DNA of 64,000 nt from an uncultured Planctomycetota bacterium (lineage in GTDB: Bacteria; Planctomycetota; Phycisphaerae; Tepidisphaerales; Tepidisphaeraceae): the NCBI GenBank assembly GCA_963841915.1, contig CAWJEN010000006.1, positions 1,120,001 to 1,184,000 of the forward strand. Direction: 5' to 3'. The position numbers were made by a program, and so were the translations under genes. This document shows positions 1-10,569 of the stretch, piece by piece. Numbering within the stretch: position 1 is the first letter of the stretch; every line of letters starts with the position of its first letter. The notes beneath the pieces are model-generated. The model saw only the letters and a list, made by a program, of their open reading frames with translations, searched no databases and was not told the DNA's origin.

Positions 1-1254
1 ACCGTCACCTTCGACGGCAAAGAGCTGACGATGCAGCAGATGGCCAGGTATCAGGAAGAGCCGGATCGCGACGTCCGCGAGCGTGCCTGGAAGGCCGTTG
101 CCGAGCGGCGGTTGCAGGACCGCGAGGCCATCGACGCGCTGTTCGACGAGGTGCTGCCGCTCCGCCAGCAGATCGCCGAGAACGCCGGCTTCGACAACTA
201 CCGCGACTACCAGTTCAAGCGGCTCAAGCGGTTCGACTACACGCCGGCCGACTGCAACGCCTACGCCGACGCCGTCGAAAAGCACGTGGTGCCGCTGATC
301 CACGAGATGGATGCGTCACGCCGCGAGGCGCTGGGCGTTGACAAGCTGCGGCCGTGGGACTTGGCCGTCGACCCCAAGGGCCGTGCCCCGCTTCGGCCGT
401 TCGATGAGGACAACATCGATCAATTCGTCGAAACGACGCGTGGCGTCTTCGCCAAGCTCGACGAGCAACTCGCCAGCGACTTCGACGAGCTTCGCACCGC
501 CGGCAATCTCGACCTCGCCAGCCGGCAGGGCAAGCAACCCGGCGGCTATCAGTGCAATCTGGAAGAGAGTGGCGTTCCGTTCATCTTCATGAACGCCGCG
601 GGGCTGCAACGCGATGTCGAGACGCTACTCCACGAAGGCGGTCACGCGTTCCACACGCTGGCCGTCCGCGATGAGCCGCTGACGTTCCTGAAGCACGCGC
701 CGATGGAGTTCTGCGAAGTAGCGTCGATGAGCATGGAGCTGCTGGCCCTGCCGCACATCGGCGACTTCTTTGCCGGCGACACCGCCAACGCCGACCGCGC
801 CCGCCGGCACCAGCTCGAAGGCATCAGCGTGCTCGCCTGGATCGCCACGATCGACCAGTTCCAGCACTGGCTCTACACCAACCCCGGCCACTCCCGCGAC
901 CAGCGGGCCAAGACTTGGAACGACCTGCTGACCCGCTTCCAGCACGATCTCGATTGGAGCGGTGTCGAAGCCTCACGCGACGCCATGTGGCAACGGCAGC
1001 TGCACCTGTTCCACGTGCCGTTCTACTACATCGAGTACGGCATCGCTCAGCTCGGTGCGCTGCAGATCTACAACAACTCGAAGCAGGACAAGGACAAGGC
1101 CATCAAGGCCTACCGCCACAGCCTGAGCTTCGGCGGCACCCGCCCGCTGCCCGAGCTGTTCGAAGCGGCAGAGATTAAATTCGACTTCGGCGACAGCACG
1201 ATCGAACCCTTGATCAAGACCGTCCGCCAAGACCTCGAGAAACTGCCGCTGTAA
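1..1254 (+). CDS. pepF: M3-family oligoendopeptidase F (5'-truncated by the window edge)
   Basis: Frame is open from base 1 (TVTFDGKELTM...). HEGGH zinc motif, 'K.PGGY' motif, 'EVASMSME', and 'HLFHVPFYYIEYGIAQLGA' are typical of M3B peptidases. Confidence 0.9.
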   Translation, partial: TVTFDGKELTMQQMARYQEEPDRDVRERAWKAVAERRLQDREAIDALFDEVLPLRQQIAENAGFDNYRDYQFKRLKRFDYTPADCNAYADAVEKHVVPLIHEMDASRREALGVDKLRPWDLAVDPKGRAPLRPFDEDNIDQFVETTRGVFAKLDEQLASDFDELRTAGNLDLASRQGKQPGGYQCNLEESGVPFIFMNAAGLQRDVETLLHEGGHAFHTLAVRDEPLTFLKHAPMEFCEVASMSMELLALPHIGDFFAGDTANADRARRHQLEGISVLAWIATIDQFQHWLYTNPGHSRDQRAKTWNDLLTRFQHDLDWSGVEASRDAMWQRQLHLFHVPFYYIEYGIAQLGALQIYNNSKQDKDKAIKAYRHSLSFGGTRPLPELFEAAEIKFDFGDSTIEPLIKTVRQDLEKLPL

Positions 1255-1260
1255 GGGCCG

Positions 1261-1884
1261 ATGCCTCGCACGCGCATCAAGATCTGCGGCGTCATGACGC
1301 CCGCCGACGCCGTTCTTGCGGCCGAGGCGGGCGCCGACGCGGTCGGTTTCATCCTGCACGCCCCGGGCCGCAAGCGGATGGTCGCGCCGGACGTCGCCCG
1401 CGACATCACACTCGCCCTGCCGCCTTGGACGGTGGCGGTCGGCGTGGTCGTCGATCCGCCTGCGTTTGCCATGACGCAACTGCTCAGGCAGGTGCCGGTC
1501 GACATCTTGCAGTTTCACGGCCGCGAATCGCCCGGCGTCGTCACCAGCTTCGGAAGGCGGGCCACCAAGGTGCTGACCGACCCGGCCGATCTACAGCTCT
1601 GGGCAAACGTCGACGGGGTCAGCGGCCTGACACTCGACTCGCCGGTCGGCGGCAGCGGAGTCGCCTTGGACTGGCTATCGCTCGTGGAGACGTTTCGCAG
1701 TTTTACCGCCAAACCGCTCACCTTAGCGGGCGGCCTGACGCCTGAGACTGTGGCCGACGCAGTGCGGCTCCTTCGCCCCCACGCCGTTGATGTCAGCAGC
1801 GGCGTCGAATCTGCTCCCGGTCTGAAAGACGCCGCACAGATGAAGACATTCGTCGCCGCAGTACGAGCGGCCGACGCACCGTGA
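1261..1884 (+). CDS. trpF: Phosphoribosylanthranilate isomerase
   Basis: 'RIKICG', 'LQFHGRE', 'GGSG..LDW', 'LAGGLTPETV' and 'VDVSSGVESAPGLKD' motifs. Confidence 0.95.
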   Translation: MPRTRIKICGVMTPADAVLAAEAGADAVGFILHAPGRKRMVAPDVARDITLALPPWTVAVGVVVDPPAFAMTQLLRQVPVDILQFHGRESPGVVTSFGRRATKVLTDPADLQLWANVDGVSGLTLDSPVGGSGVALDWLSLVETFRSFTAKPLTLAGGLTPETVADAVRLLRPHAVDVSSGVESAPGLKDAAQMKTFVAAVRAADAP

Positions 1885-1900
1885 TCTGACGTCAGCACGA

Positions 1901-1931
1901 AAAAGCTGCGGCACACAGTGCCGCAGCTTTT
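1901..1931. terminator. Bidirectional intrinsic terminator between convergent trpF and wzc
   Basis: Perfect 14-bp inverted repeat AAAAGCTGCGGCAC-aca-GTGCCGCAGCTTTT with A/T runs on both sides. Confidence 0.85.
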
Positions 1932-1963
1932 CTGATATCGGTCACAGAATCTCTCGAAACGTC

Positions 1964-4342
1964 TCAGCGTCGCGACGGCTTCTGGTAGTCGTAGTACGTC
2001 TTGATGTTGCGGGTGTAGTACCCACCGGCCCGACTGCGGACGGCGTTGAGGACCACGCCGAGGTGTTCGACGTTCAGGCTCGTCAACGAGTCACGGAGTC
2101 GGCCCAGCAGGCCGCGGCTGCTGCTGCGGGCGCGGACGACACTGATCACGCCATCGACCTGCGGTGCCATCGCCCCGGTTTCGCTGGCAAACAGGATCGG
2201 GCCGCTGTCGAAGACGACCATGTCGAATCGCTCGAAGGCACGGTCGAGCACGTCGAGGAAGGCGGTGCTTTCGACGAGCTCGGTCGCATTGCCGGGCTTG
2301 GGTCCAACGGGCATGACGTGCAGGTTCGGGACCGACTCGACCTCAGAGATGCACTCGTCGAACAGCTCGACGTCGCCGAGACAGGTCGACAGGCCATTCT
2401 CGGTGTCGCCGAGTTTGAAGACGTTGTGCAGGGCGGGCCTGCGGAAGTTGGCGTCAACGAGCAGCACGCTTCGGCCGTTGAGGGCCAGGCCGGCTGCCAG
2501 GTTGCAGGCGACCGTCGTCTTGCCGTCACCGGGCTGCGGGCTCGTGACAAGGATCGTGCGGGTCGCTTCCAAAGGAGCGACGTGCGCCAGGCGGCCGCGG
2601 ACCATGCGGAACTGCTCGGCCGTCATCGAGTGAGGCGAGTGGGCGATGGCCAGCTCCAACGGCTGATCACTCGACGTCGCCTGCGGGTCGTCCGACTCAT
2701 CAGGGATGGTGCCGAGCACCGTCATCTGTCCGGCACGAATGACGTCACGAGGGCTCTTGACGCTTGTGTCGAGCACCTCACGCAGGAACGCGAAACCGAC
2801 GGCAGCGCCGACGCCGAGCAGTAGCGTGCCGGCCACCGTGATCGGCAAACGCGGGAAGTCAGGATTGTTCGGCGGCGTGACGGGCGTCCACCACGCAAGC
2901 TCCTGTGTCGGAGCGACGTAGCTCTTGCGCTTCATCATCTCGATACGCGTCCGAAGCGCTTCGAGCTCCAGCGACTTGGCACTGCGCTCGTTGCGGAACA
3001 TCTGCAGATCCGCCTCGTCGCGGGTGAGCTGCGTGAATCTCGTGTCGAGCCGCTGGAACTCCTCATCGTTCTTGGCTGCCGTCCGCTCGGCGGCTTCGAG
3101 CTGTGCTTCGAGGCCGGCCACGACCTGATTACGAGCTGTAGCACGGGCGTTCTGCTCAGCGTCGGCAAGGCGGTTGGCGATGGCGTCCCGGGTCTGCTCG
3201 GTCTGGGCGACGCTCGGGTGGCCGTCACCGAGACGGGCACGGCTAAGGTCGAGACTCTGCTCGATCTGCTCGAGCTGCTGCCGCAGCCGGGCAACGGTCG
3301 GGTTGCGGTTGAGCTCCATCTCGACACCTGCCGGCTCCTGGCCGCGGGCGACGCTTTCTTTGGCGTTCTGAAGCAATTGCTTCAGCAATTCGACCTGCTC
3401 CTGTGCCTCGGCACGGGCCCGCATGACCAGACCCATCTCGGACATGAGCATGCCACTGGAACTGGCCGACCCGCCACCGCCCTGTGCGGCCGAGCGGATG
3501 GAGCGGATTTGGGCGTCGAGCTCGTCGAGGTCGCGACCACGCTGCTCGATGATGAGGCCGAGCTCGTTGATGTCGAAGTTCAGCTCGTCGCTGCCGCGAC
3601 GACGCAGCTCGTCGAGCCGCGTGTTGACGATGACATTGAGAATGTCAGCTGCCTGCCGCGGATCGTCAGCGGTAAAGCTGACGTTGATGAGGCGGCTGCC
3701 CTTCAGCGGCGACGCGTTGAAGTTGTCCATGAGCGTCTCGACCGCTTCCTGCGGGTCGAGCTTGCCACCGGGGCCGCGGGCCTCGCGTTGCAGCCAGGTT
3801 GCCTCTCGAACGGTTTCGTTCTCCTGGACGATGTTGTTGAAGATCTCCGGGTTCTTGAGGCCGGCGACCTGCGTCAGAACACGGACTTCGAGCTTCTCGC
3901 CGTTGCCACGCGATCCGATACCGCTGCCGGTGCCTTCTGGGTCATAGATGTCATCTGTGGAGTCGCGGGCGAGCAGCTGGCCGCTGGCCTTGTACGAGAG
4001 AAAGTTCTTCTTAAGCCACTCGTTGATCCCGAAGCCGGCCGCACCGCTGATGATGGCCGCGAGGATGATGAGCCACAGGTTCTCCCGCAGGACGCGCATG
4101 ACGTCGGCCCCGGTCAGACCCGCGCCACCGCCGCCACCACCACCCGCGGTAGGCATGGTAACGGGCGTGGAGACGACGGGCATGGACGGCAGCGCCGGCA
4201 GGTTGGCCGAGCCGCCGTTGTAGCCGCCGTGGCCGTGGGATCGGCCGTTGGCGTAACCGTTGCGGCCGCGCGACATCGGCTCGTCGGCCGGATCGTGTGG
4301 GTCTTCGCCGTCGGGGCGGAGCGTTTGCGGGAGCGTGGTCAT
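1964..4342 (-). CDS. wzc: Wzc/GumC-like polysaccharide co-polymerase with BY tyrosine kinase domain
   Basis: Two TM segments flank a periplasmic coiled coil. Walker A 'SPQPGDGKTT', 'LLVDANFRRP', 'VVFDSGP', and a C-terminal Tyr cluster 'GGYYTRNIKTYYDYQ'. Confidence 0.9.
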   Translation of the reverse strand: MTTLPQTLRPDGEDPHDPADEPMSRGRNGYANGRSHGHGGYNGGSANLPALPSMPVVSTPVTMPTAGGGGGGGAGLTGADVMRVLRENLWLIILAAIISGAAGFGINEWLKKNFLSYKASGQLLARDSTDDIYDPEGTGSGIGSRGNGEKLEVRVLTQVAGLKNPEIFNNIVQENETVREATWLQREARGPGGKLDPQEAVETLMDNFNASPLKGSRLINVSFTADDPRQAADILNVIVNTRLDELRRRGSDELNFDINELGLIIEQRGRDLDELDAQIRSIRSAAQGGGGSASSSGMLMSEMGLVMRARAEAQEQVELLKQLLQNAKESVARGQEPAGVEMELNRNPTVARLRQQLEQIEQSLDLSRARLGDGHPSVAQTEQTRDAIANRLADAEQNARATARNQVVAGLEAQLEAAERTAAKNDEEFQRLDTRFTQLTRDEADLQMFRNERSAKSLELEALRTRIEMMKRKSYVAPTQELAWWTPVTPPNNPDFPRLPITVAGTLLLGVGAAVGFAFLREVLDTSVKSPRDVIRAGQMTVLGTIPDESDDPQATSSDQPLELAIAHSPHSMTAEQFRMVRGRLAHVAPLEATRTILVTSPQPGDGKTTVACNLAAGLALNGRSVLLVDANFRRPALHNVFKLGDTENGLSTCLGDVELFDECISEVESVPNLHVMPVGPKPGNATELVESTAFLDVLDRAFERFDMVVFDSGPILFASETGAMAPQVDGVISVVRARSSSRGLLGRLRDSLTSLNVEHLGVVLNAVRSRAGGYYTRNIKTYYDYQKPSRR

Positions 4343-4527
4343 GAGTGGTTGGTCAATGGCGTCGGCCCGCAGGCGGGCGGTCCGGGGGTGTCACGATACC
4401 GCGCCGCGACCGGCGGTGCGTCGAGATCCGGGTGCGTCTTCCATTACGCGGTGCAGGGGCCGATAGTTTCACCGGCTCAGGCTAGCGATCCGTCGTCGGC
4501 CTTTTGCGCTGGAAACGCAACGCCCCG

Positions 4528-7500
4528 CTACTCCTGAGCATCGGCGGGCGGCATGGTCGCCTTGAGCCGGCCGATCGCGTCGCCGAGCTGGCGACGCACG
4601 CTCAGGTCGACCTGACGCGTCGACATCTCGTCGGCCTCTAGGCGGCGAACCACCTCAAGCCCCACCTCGGCGGCTTCGAGCGCAGGCTCGAGGTCGCCGG
4701 CGGCTTCGAGCGTCAACGCCAGGTGCAGGTAGACCTCGGGAAAGGCTTCGCCGTCACGCTCGGCATCGTCGCGGGCTCCACGGAGCAAACGGGCGGCGTC
4801 GGCGAGCAGGTCGGCGTCATCGGTCTTCATCGCCAGCGACGCCTCGGCCCAGCCGAGCGTGTCGACGACGCTCGGGTTCGTCCCGCCACCGCTGCGGCTG
4901 GCGGCGGCTTCGGCACCATCAACCGCCTGGCGGCCCCGCTCGACGGCCTCCTCGAGACGACGAATGGCCGCCTCGTCGCTCTGGTCCGGCTCGCGACCCA
5001 GCAGCGTCAGCGTGTAAGCGAGGTTGTTGTTCACGGCCACGTCGTCCGGCAGCAACTCGCGGGCACGCCTGAAGTTGGCCAACGCCGCTTCAAGTTGCGG
5101 CGGCTCGCTGTTGAGGTGCAAGGTGCCTTCCTGCACGTTGAGCACAAGCTCTCGCTGGTCGTTCATCGTGCCGGCCGAGACAAGGGCCTGGCGGACCTGA
5201 TTCAGCAGGTCGAGGGCGCGCGTCGTGTCACCAGCTTGCTGGTACAGACGCGAGGCCGTCACCGCGGCGACCGGGTCGACGGGCTCGCCGCCGGTCGGTT
5301 CCACGCGATCTTTCAGCAGCACGTACGCCTCTTGAACCCCGACGCGGCGGCCCATGTCGAGTACAACGCGCTCGAGCTGAGCCGTTCCGGCGTTGGCCGC
5401 AGCGGCAGCTTCGTAAGCACGGGTGTAGGCCTGCGTGGCATCGCGGGTGCGACCGGCACGGGCCAACGCTTCAGCTTCCTTGGCCTGCAGCCACCAAGGC
5501 AGTGTTCCTTCGTCGCCCGCCAGTCGATCGCCCCAGATACGGACTTCTCGCAGGGCTTCGTTGACGCGATCGGCGCGGAGCAACAGGTCGAGATAGCCGT
5601 TGAGGTAGACCGGCGTGTTGGCGGCGAGCGTCTCGGCACCGCCGGGCTGTGCACCGCCGGCCTGGATGCGTTGAACAATCTCCTGACGCATGGCCAGCGA
5701 CTGCTCGAGGGCGCGACGGGCATACGAGGCCGCGTCATCAAACCTGTTGCGGTCGGCCTCCATTCGGGCCCGGGACAGGAGCAGGATCGGACTTTCCTGT
5801 GAGGACGTTCCGTCGGCACCGCGGAAGTAGCGGTCGGCCTCGCCGAAGTCCGGCGGGCTCTTGGCCAGCTGCATCTGTGCCAGGGCCAGTCGGGCCTGCA
5901 CGTCGGCGGGCTCGCCGTCGAGAATCTGCCGGAGAGCGACCTCCGCGGCTTCGCGATCACCCTGCTGGCGGCGGATGCGGGCGAGGTTGCGAAGGGCGTC
6001 GTAGTTGCCTGGAGCAAGCCGTGCAGCACGTTCGAGCAGGTCAGCGGCGCGGTCGAGGTCGGGCTCAACCGTCTGGCCGATGGCCACCGCCAGCAGGTAC
6101 AACGTTGACGCCGACTCGGCGGCGGAGGAGTCCATCGACCGTTCGAGAATGGTGACGGCTTCTTCGGCATTGCCGCGACGCAGCTCGGCCAGGGCGGCGG
6201 CGGTCAGGGCCGTCGGCGGTGTCGTGTCGGCCTTGATGGCCTCTCGCATCGCGGCCAAGGCTTCGTCGTCGCCTTCCGTCGCGCGGGCTGCCAACAGGGC
6301 GACGACCCGGGCCGACACCATCGGTAGATCTTCAAAACCGTCGAGAACGGCAATGGCCTGACTCGTGTCGCCTTGCTCGACGAGCAACTGCGACAACGCA
6401 AGCAACATGAACGACCGCCTCTCGCGGGTCGTGTCGGCCGGCATGGCCTTGATGTGCTCGCGGATGGCCGTCTCGGCACGGGCGACGCCGCCCGTATTGG
6501 CGAAGAACAGTGCAGCCGACTGCACGGCCTCGGCGTCGCCGATCAGGCTTTGAGCGTCGCCGGGTGTCATCACCTTTGTGAAAAGCTCATCGACGGCCTG
6601 GCGATTGGCCTCGTCGGCCTTAAGCGCAACCGTCGCCAGCGTCCGCAGGTAACGGCTGTCGCTGTCGAACTTTTCAATCGTCTCCAGTAGCAGCTCGACG
6701 GCCTCGTTGGCGTACTGCGTCGCCTGGGCGTCGTTGCCCGACCGTGCAGCGCTGTTTACGGCGATGGCGAGCGACGAGGCCAGCCGCTGATAGGCGCCCG
6801 GATCGTCGGCGTTTTCCTGAACTTCCTTGCGACCTTTGGCCAGAACAGCAGACGGATCGCCGAACTGAAGCTGGTAGTTCTCCTGGATCTGAAGCAGACG
6901 CGGCGAATTGGGCCGCTGACGCAGGCCTTGCTCGATCGTCTGACGCGCCTCATTTACCCGACCGGCGGCGACAAAGGCTGCGACGGCTTCGATCATCGTC
7001 CGCTCGTCGGTCGGGGCCAGTCGCAACGCCTCGGCGGCGCTGTCGGCGGCTTCGCCGGATCGGCCGACCTGGCGATACACCTCGGTCTTCAGCAGCTGCG
7101 CCTGCGCCATCCGCGGGAACTTCTCGGCAAGCGAGGTCGCCTGCTCTGTCGCCCGGTCCAAGTCACCCTTGGCCATCGCGGTGCGGATGCGGTACGTCTG
7201 ACCGTCCACGCCGTCGGCACCCTCTTTGGCAAGCTGGTCCGCAAGCTCGTCGGCTTCGTCGAACCGCTCGGCCTTGAGCAACAGGCCAAAGACGGCCTCC
7301 ATCACGGTCGTCTTGAGCTTCGGATCCGTCGCCTCATCCACCGCCGATCGGGCGAGCGAGACGGCTTGTTCAAGATCATTTGCCTGCTCGGCCAGCTGTG
7401 CTTCGTAAAGCTTGCGCTGCACCGGGTCGGCGATGTCGTCAGCAGTCAATTCCGTACCACGCTGCAGGCGCTCGAGGAGCGCCTGGCTCGACTCGTCGTC

Positions 7501-9522
7501 GGGGAACCGGCTCAGCGTCGCAATCGCAGCTTCGGTGTCGCCGGTTCTGACCTGAATCTGGGCGAGCAGAAGGTTGAGATTGACATTCTCCGGATTGTCG
7601 CCGGCAATGATCTTGGCCAGGCGGAGCGCTTCGTCCTGGCGGTTCGTCGCAGCGGCAAGCCGCAGCTTGGCGAGCCGTTCGGCATCCGTCGTCTCGGGCA
7701 GGTCGGCGTACGCCTCGTCACGCGTGCCCTCCTCGGCTACGGCGGCGGCGAGCGTTTCGAGCTGACGCTGGACCGGCTCGGGTAGCGACGACATGATCGG
7801 CATTAGTCGCGCCAGCACATCCCGCGAGCGGCCGTCCTGGCCTGACACGCGGTACAGCTCTGCCAGTCGCAGCCCGTCGTTGACGTTGCCGCCCAAAGCA
7901 AAGGCACGGGCAAGGTGCTCGATCTCTCCTCCGGTCTGTCCGGCCTGACGATTCACGTCCGCCAGGAGGCGAAGCAATTCCAATTGCTGTGTGCGGCCGG
8001 CGTTGCCGGCTTGCTCGTAAGTCCTAAGCGCCCGCTCGAGCTGATCCAGCCCCTCGAACACGTCGCCGCGTGCGATGGCAAGTTGCCCCTCGACGCTCGT
8101 GACGGCGGGTGACGATCCCAACGACAAGGCGCGGGCGTTGTTCTCGTATGCGGCAAAGGCAGTCCGGGCCCGCGACAGCAGTTGCTGCTGGTTCTTCGCG
8201 TCGACATCGCCCTGCTGAGCCAAAGCCCGCCGCTCACGCAGCAAACTGTCGGCCAACTCCAAAGGCAACACGGCTCGGCGCGTCAGGACGGCCACGCCGT
8301 CGTGACCTTCTAGCCCCGGCAGCGGCTCTTTCGACACCTCGAACGCGTCGGCCAGCACCACGCTGGCCTTTTCGAACCGGTTGACCTGCCGAAGCATCTC
8401 GGACACTTGTGCCGCGGCAGACACGTCCCAAGGCCGCTCTTCGACGAGTGCTGTCAGGACCTCGATCGCCTGGTCTCGCTCGTTGCGACGAACAAGGGCG
8501 TCGGCGTAGATCTGGCGAACCTGGCCGTAGGTGCTGGTGAGCAGATCCCGCTCGCTATCTGTTGCGGCAACGGCCTTCTCGAGCTGCTCGATCGCCTTTT
8601 GCTTCAGGGGTTCGGAGGCCTTCAGGCCGGCATCACGGGCGGCGACAACGTCGACATCGACGCCTGCGTCGCGGGCTTGACGCGCGACCTTGCGCTGCTC
8701 AATCTCGTTGAGCAGGCTACCGGCCAATTCGTAAGCCAGACCGGCAGACATGTGCGCCGACGCGGTGTCGGTCGGCAGCCCTTCACGCGGCTCGGCGGTT
8801 TCTGCAGCAGCGGCGGCGGCGTCAACGGCCGACACGTAGGTCTGCAGCACACCGTCTACGTCCTCCTCGCTGATGCCGTCGGCCTGCAAGCGACGCGACA
8901 GGTCGCCCCGCAGTGCGGTCAGGGCCGTTCCGTCCAGCGGCTGCTGGGCGGAGATTGCCATCAACGTCTGTCGCGCTTGCTCGGCTTCTTCTTCGGAGAT
9001 GTTCTCGTTCGTCACGCCCGACAGGTCCAGCGTTGTCGCGGCGTAGAACGTGCCGGCCTCGGCGTCGCCGGGCTCGACTTCCAGCAGCACCTTGGCCGCT
9101 TCGCGGGCCTCCCGCGTCGGCCGCGTCAGTCGACCCGACAGGAACCCCGACTGCTTGTTGTAGTACCGAATCAGTGCCCGCAGGACCGCAGGTTCCTTGG
9201 GATCTTCCGACAGAATCCGCTGCAGCTGACCCTCTGCGTTGCGAAGATTTTCACGGCCTTTTTCCTCGTCGGCTGTCAGCCGCATCACGTTGTCGACCAC
9301 CTTCAGGCCGTACTCGCTGTTCTGCGTCGCGCGGAAAGCCTTGCCCCACTGGTCGGCCGCACGCTGCCACTCGCCGCTCTCTTCGGCCTCGACGGCTCGC
9401 GCGACGGCCCGCTCAGGGTTCTGAAGGTAGTACCGTGTTGCGAGGTAACCCACCAGCAGCGTCACCGCAATGACAACGGTGAGGGCGATCAGGAGGTTGG
9501 TATTGAGCCTTTTACGAGCCAT
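4528..9522 (-). CDS. Very large N-terminally anchored TPR-repeat protein (1664 aa), PrsT-like by context
   Basis: Basic N-terminus followed by a TM helix, then helical TPR-like repeats throughout (e.g. 'VAVNNNLAYTL', 'VVDTLGWA'). Lies between epsI and wzc. Confidence 0.8.
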   Translation of the reverse strand: MARKRLNTNLLIALTVVIAVTLLVGYLATRYYLQNPERAVARAVEAEESGEWQRAADQWGKAFRATQNSEYGLKVVDNVMRLTADEEKGRENLRNAEGQLQRILSEDPKEPAVLRALIRYYNKQSGFLSGRLTRPTREAREAAKVLLEVEPGDAEAGTFYAATTLDLSGVTNENISEEEAEQARQTLMAISAQQPLDGTALTALRGDLSRRLQADGISEEDVDGVLQTYVSAVDAAAAAAETAEPREGLPTDTASAHMSAGLAYELAGSLLNEIEQRKVARQARDAGVDVDVVAARDAGLKASEPLKQKAIEQLEKAVAATDSERDLLTSTYGQVRQIYADALVRRNERDQAIEVLTALVEERPWDVSAAAQVSEMLRQVNRFEKASVVLADAFEVSKEPLPGLEGHDGVAVLTRRAVLPLELADSLLRERRALAQQGDVDAKNQQQLLSRARTAFAAYENNARALSLGSSPAVTSVEGQLAIARGDVFEGLDQLERALRTYEQAGNAGRTQQLELLRLLADVNRQAGQTGGEIEHLARAFALGGNVNDGLRLAELYRVSGQDGRSRDVLARLMPIMSSLPEPVQRQLETLAAAVAEEGTRDEAYADLPETTDAERLAKLRLAAATNRQDEALRLAKIIAGDNPENVNLNLLLAQIQVRTGDTEAAIATLSRFPDDESSQALLERLQRGTELTADDIADPVQRKLYEAQLAEQANDLEQAVSLARSAVDEATDPKLKTTVMEAVFGLLLKAERFDEADELADQLAKEGADGVDGQTYRIRTAMAKGDLDRATEQATSLAEKFPRMAQAQLLKTEVYRQVGRSGEAADSAAEALRLAPTDERTMIEAVAAFVAAGRVNEARQTIEQGLRQRPNSPRLLQIQENYQLQFGDPSAVLAKGRKEVQENADDPGAYQRLASSLAIAVNSAARSGNDAQATQYANEAVELLLETIEKFDSDSRYLRTLATVALKADEANRQAVDELFTKVMTPGDAQSLIGDAEAVQSAALFFANTGGVARAETAIREHIKAMPADTTRERRSFMLLALSQLLVEQGDTSQAIAVLDGFEDLPMVSARVVALLAARATEGDDEALAAMREAIKADTTPPTALTAAALAELRRGNAEEAVTILERSMDSSAAESASTLYLLAVAIGQTVEPDLDRAADLLERAARLAPGNYDALRNLARIRRQQGDREAAEVALRQILDGEPADVQARLALAQMQLAKSPPDFGEADRYFRGADGTSSQESPILLLSRARMEADRNRFDDAASYARRALEQSLAMRQEIVQRIQAGGAQPGGAETLAANTPVYLNGYLDLLLRADRVNEALREVRIWGDRLAGDEGTLPWWLQAKEAEALARAGRTRDATQAYTRAYEAAAAANAGTAQLERVVLDMGRRVGVQEAYVLLKDRVEPTGGEPVDPVAAVTASRLYQQAGDTTRALDLLNQVRQALVSAGTMNDQRELVLNVQEGTLHLNSEPPQLEAALANFRRARELLPDDVAVNNNLAYTLTLLGREPDQSDEAAIRRLEEAVERGRQAVDGAEAAASRSGGGTNPSVVDTLGWAEASLAMKTDDADLLADAARLLRGARDDAERDGEAFPEVYLHLALTLEAAGDLEPALEAAEVGLEVVRRLEADEMSTRQVDLSVRRQLGDAIGRLKATMPPADAQE

Positions 9523-9702
9523 GTGGCGGAGCGAACAGTGGTGGCGGACGGACGGGAGCGGTGGTGGCTAGCAAGCAGACGCAGCAGGCAGAGGCCGGTG
9601 AGCGGCCGACGCCGGTCATACCGACGGTGCAGCGAGTCAGGATGATAACGGTAGAGCAGGCGCTTGCGCGCCTGGCACCTCGTCCTCCCGCCACACGAAA
9701 GC

Positions 9703-10569
9703 CTACTCGACAGGTTTGGCATCGGCCATAACAGCCTGCCAATCCGGAAGAATCGCCTCGATCTCGGGCAGTGCTTCGCTCAAGAAACGCGTCATCGCTT
9801 CCCCAGCCTCGGCGTCGGGCGTCAGCCCGCTCGGGCCGGTGCTGCTGATCTCGATCTTGGCAAAGTAGGCGTGCGTCTCGAACAGGTTCTGCAGCCGCTT
9901 ACGAACACCCGTGATGGCATCGTGCTCGTAATCGCCGTTGACGTGGAAGAAGTAAGCGACGCGATTCACCGACCGGTTGGCACCCTCACGCGGATCTTCA
10001 AAGGCGGCGAAGCTGACCGGCAGCCCCTCGGCCGCAATGTCCGGCGACGTCCCGGCAGGCAAAGGCAGCACAACCGTCTCGCGACGGCTCATCTCGAAGC
10101 CGGCCCCGAGCATGCAGCGATCCGGAATGTGAGGCACCGTGTCGACGCTACCCGTGTAGTACGCGACGTGCAGCGACACCCGCGCGAACGGGTCGTTCGT
10201 CAGCGCGCTGTTGGCGACGCTGTTGATGAGCTCCTCGCTCTTGACGTCTGCCGCCTCGTAAGCTTCGCGGATGTCGTCGTCGGCCTTGGCAATATCGATA
10301 TAAGTCCGCTGGATGTACATCGTCGTGCCGAGTTCGTCCTCGACCTCGGCGGGCAGCTTCTGCTCGACGACGCTGACCCAGCTGCCGATCCGCGTCGGGA
10401 TCGACTGGATCGAGCTTCGCGGCTGGACAGCGTCCTTGCGGAAGTTGAGCTTCAGGAACGACGCCGATGCGTTGAGTCCGATCGCTGCGACGGCGATGAT
10501 GGTCGCGACGATGACCAGGGCCCGCATCTGACTGCGGCGGGTGACGGAGTTTGCATTTTCTTCAAGCAC
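9703..10569 (-). CDS. epsI: Exosortase-associated EpsI-family protein (start GTG 10569 or ATG 10527)
   Basis: N-terminal TM, 'IPTRIGSW', 'LGTTMYIQRTY', 'LHVAYYTG..DTVPHIPDRCM.GAG'. Overlaps the exosortase stop codon. Confidence 0.8.
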   Translation of the reverse strand: MLEENANSVTRRSQMRALVIVATIIAVAAIGLNASASFLKLNFRKDAVQPRSSIQSIPTRIGSWVSVVEQKLPAEVEDELGTTMYIQRTYIDIAKADDDIREAYEAADVKSEELINSVANSALTNDPFARVSLHVAYYTGSVDTVPHIPDRCMLGAGFEMSRRETVVLPLPAGTSPDIAAEGLPVSFAAFEDPREGANRSVNRVAYFFHVNGDYEHDAITGVRKRLQNLFETHAYFAKIEISSTGPSGLTPDAEAGEAMTRFLSEALPEIEAILPDWQAVMADAKPVE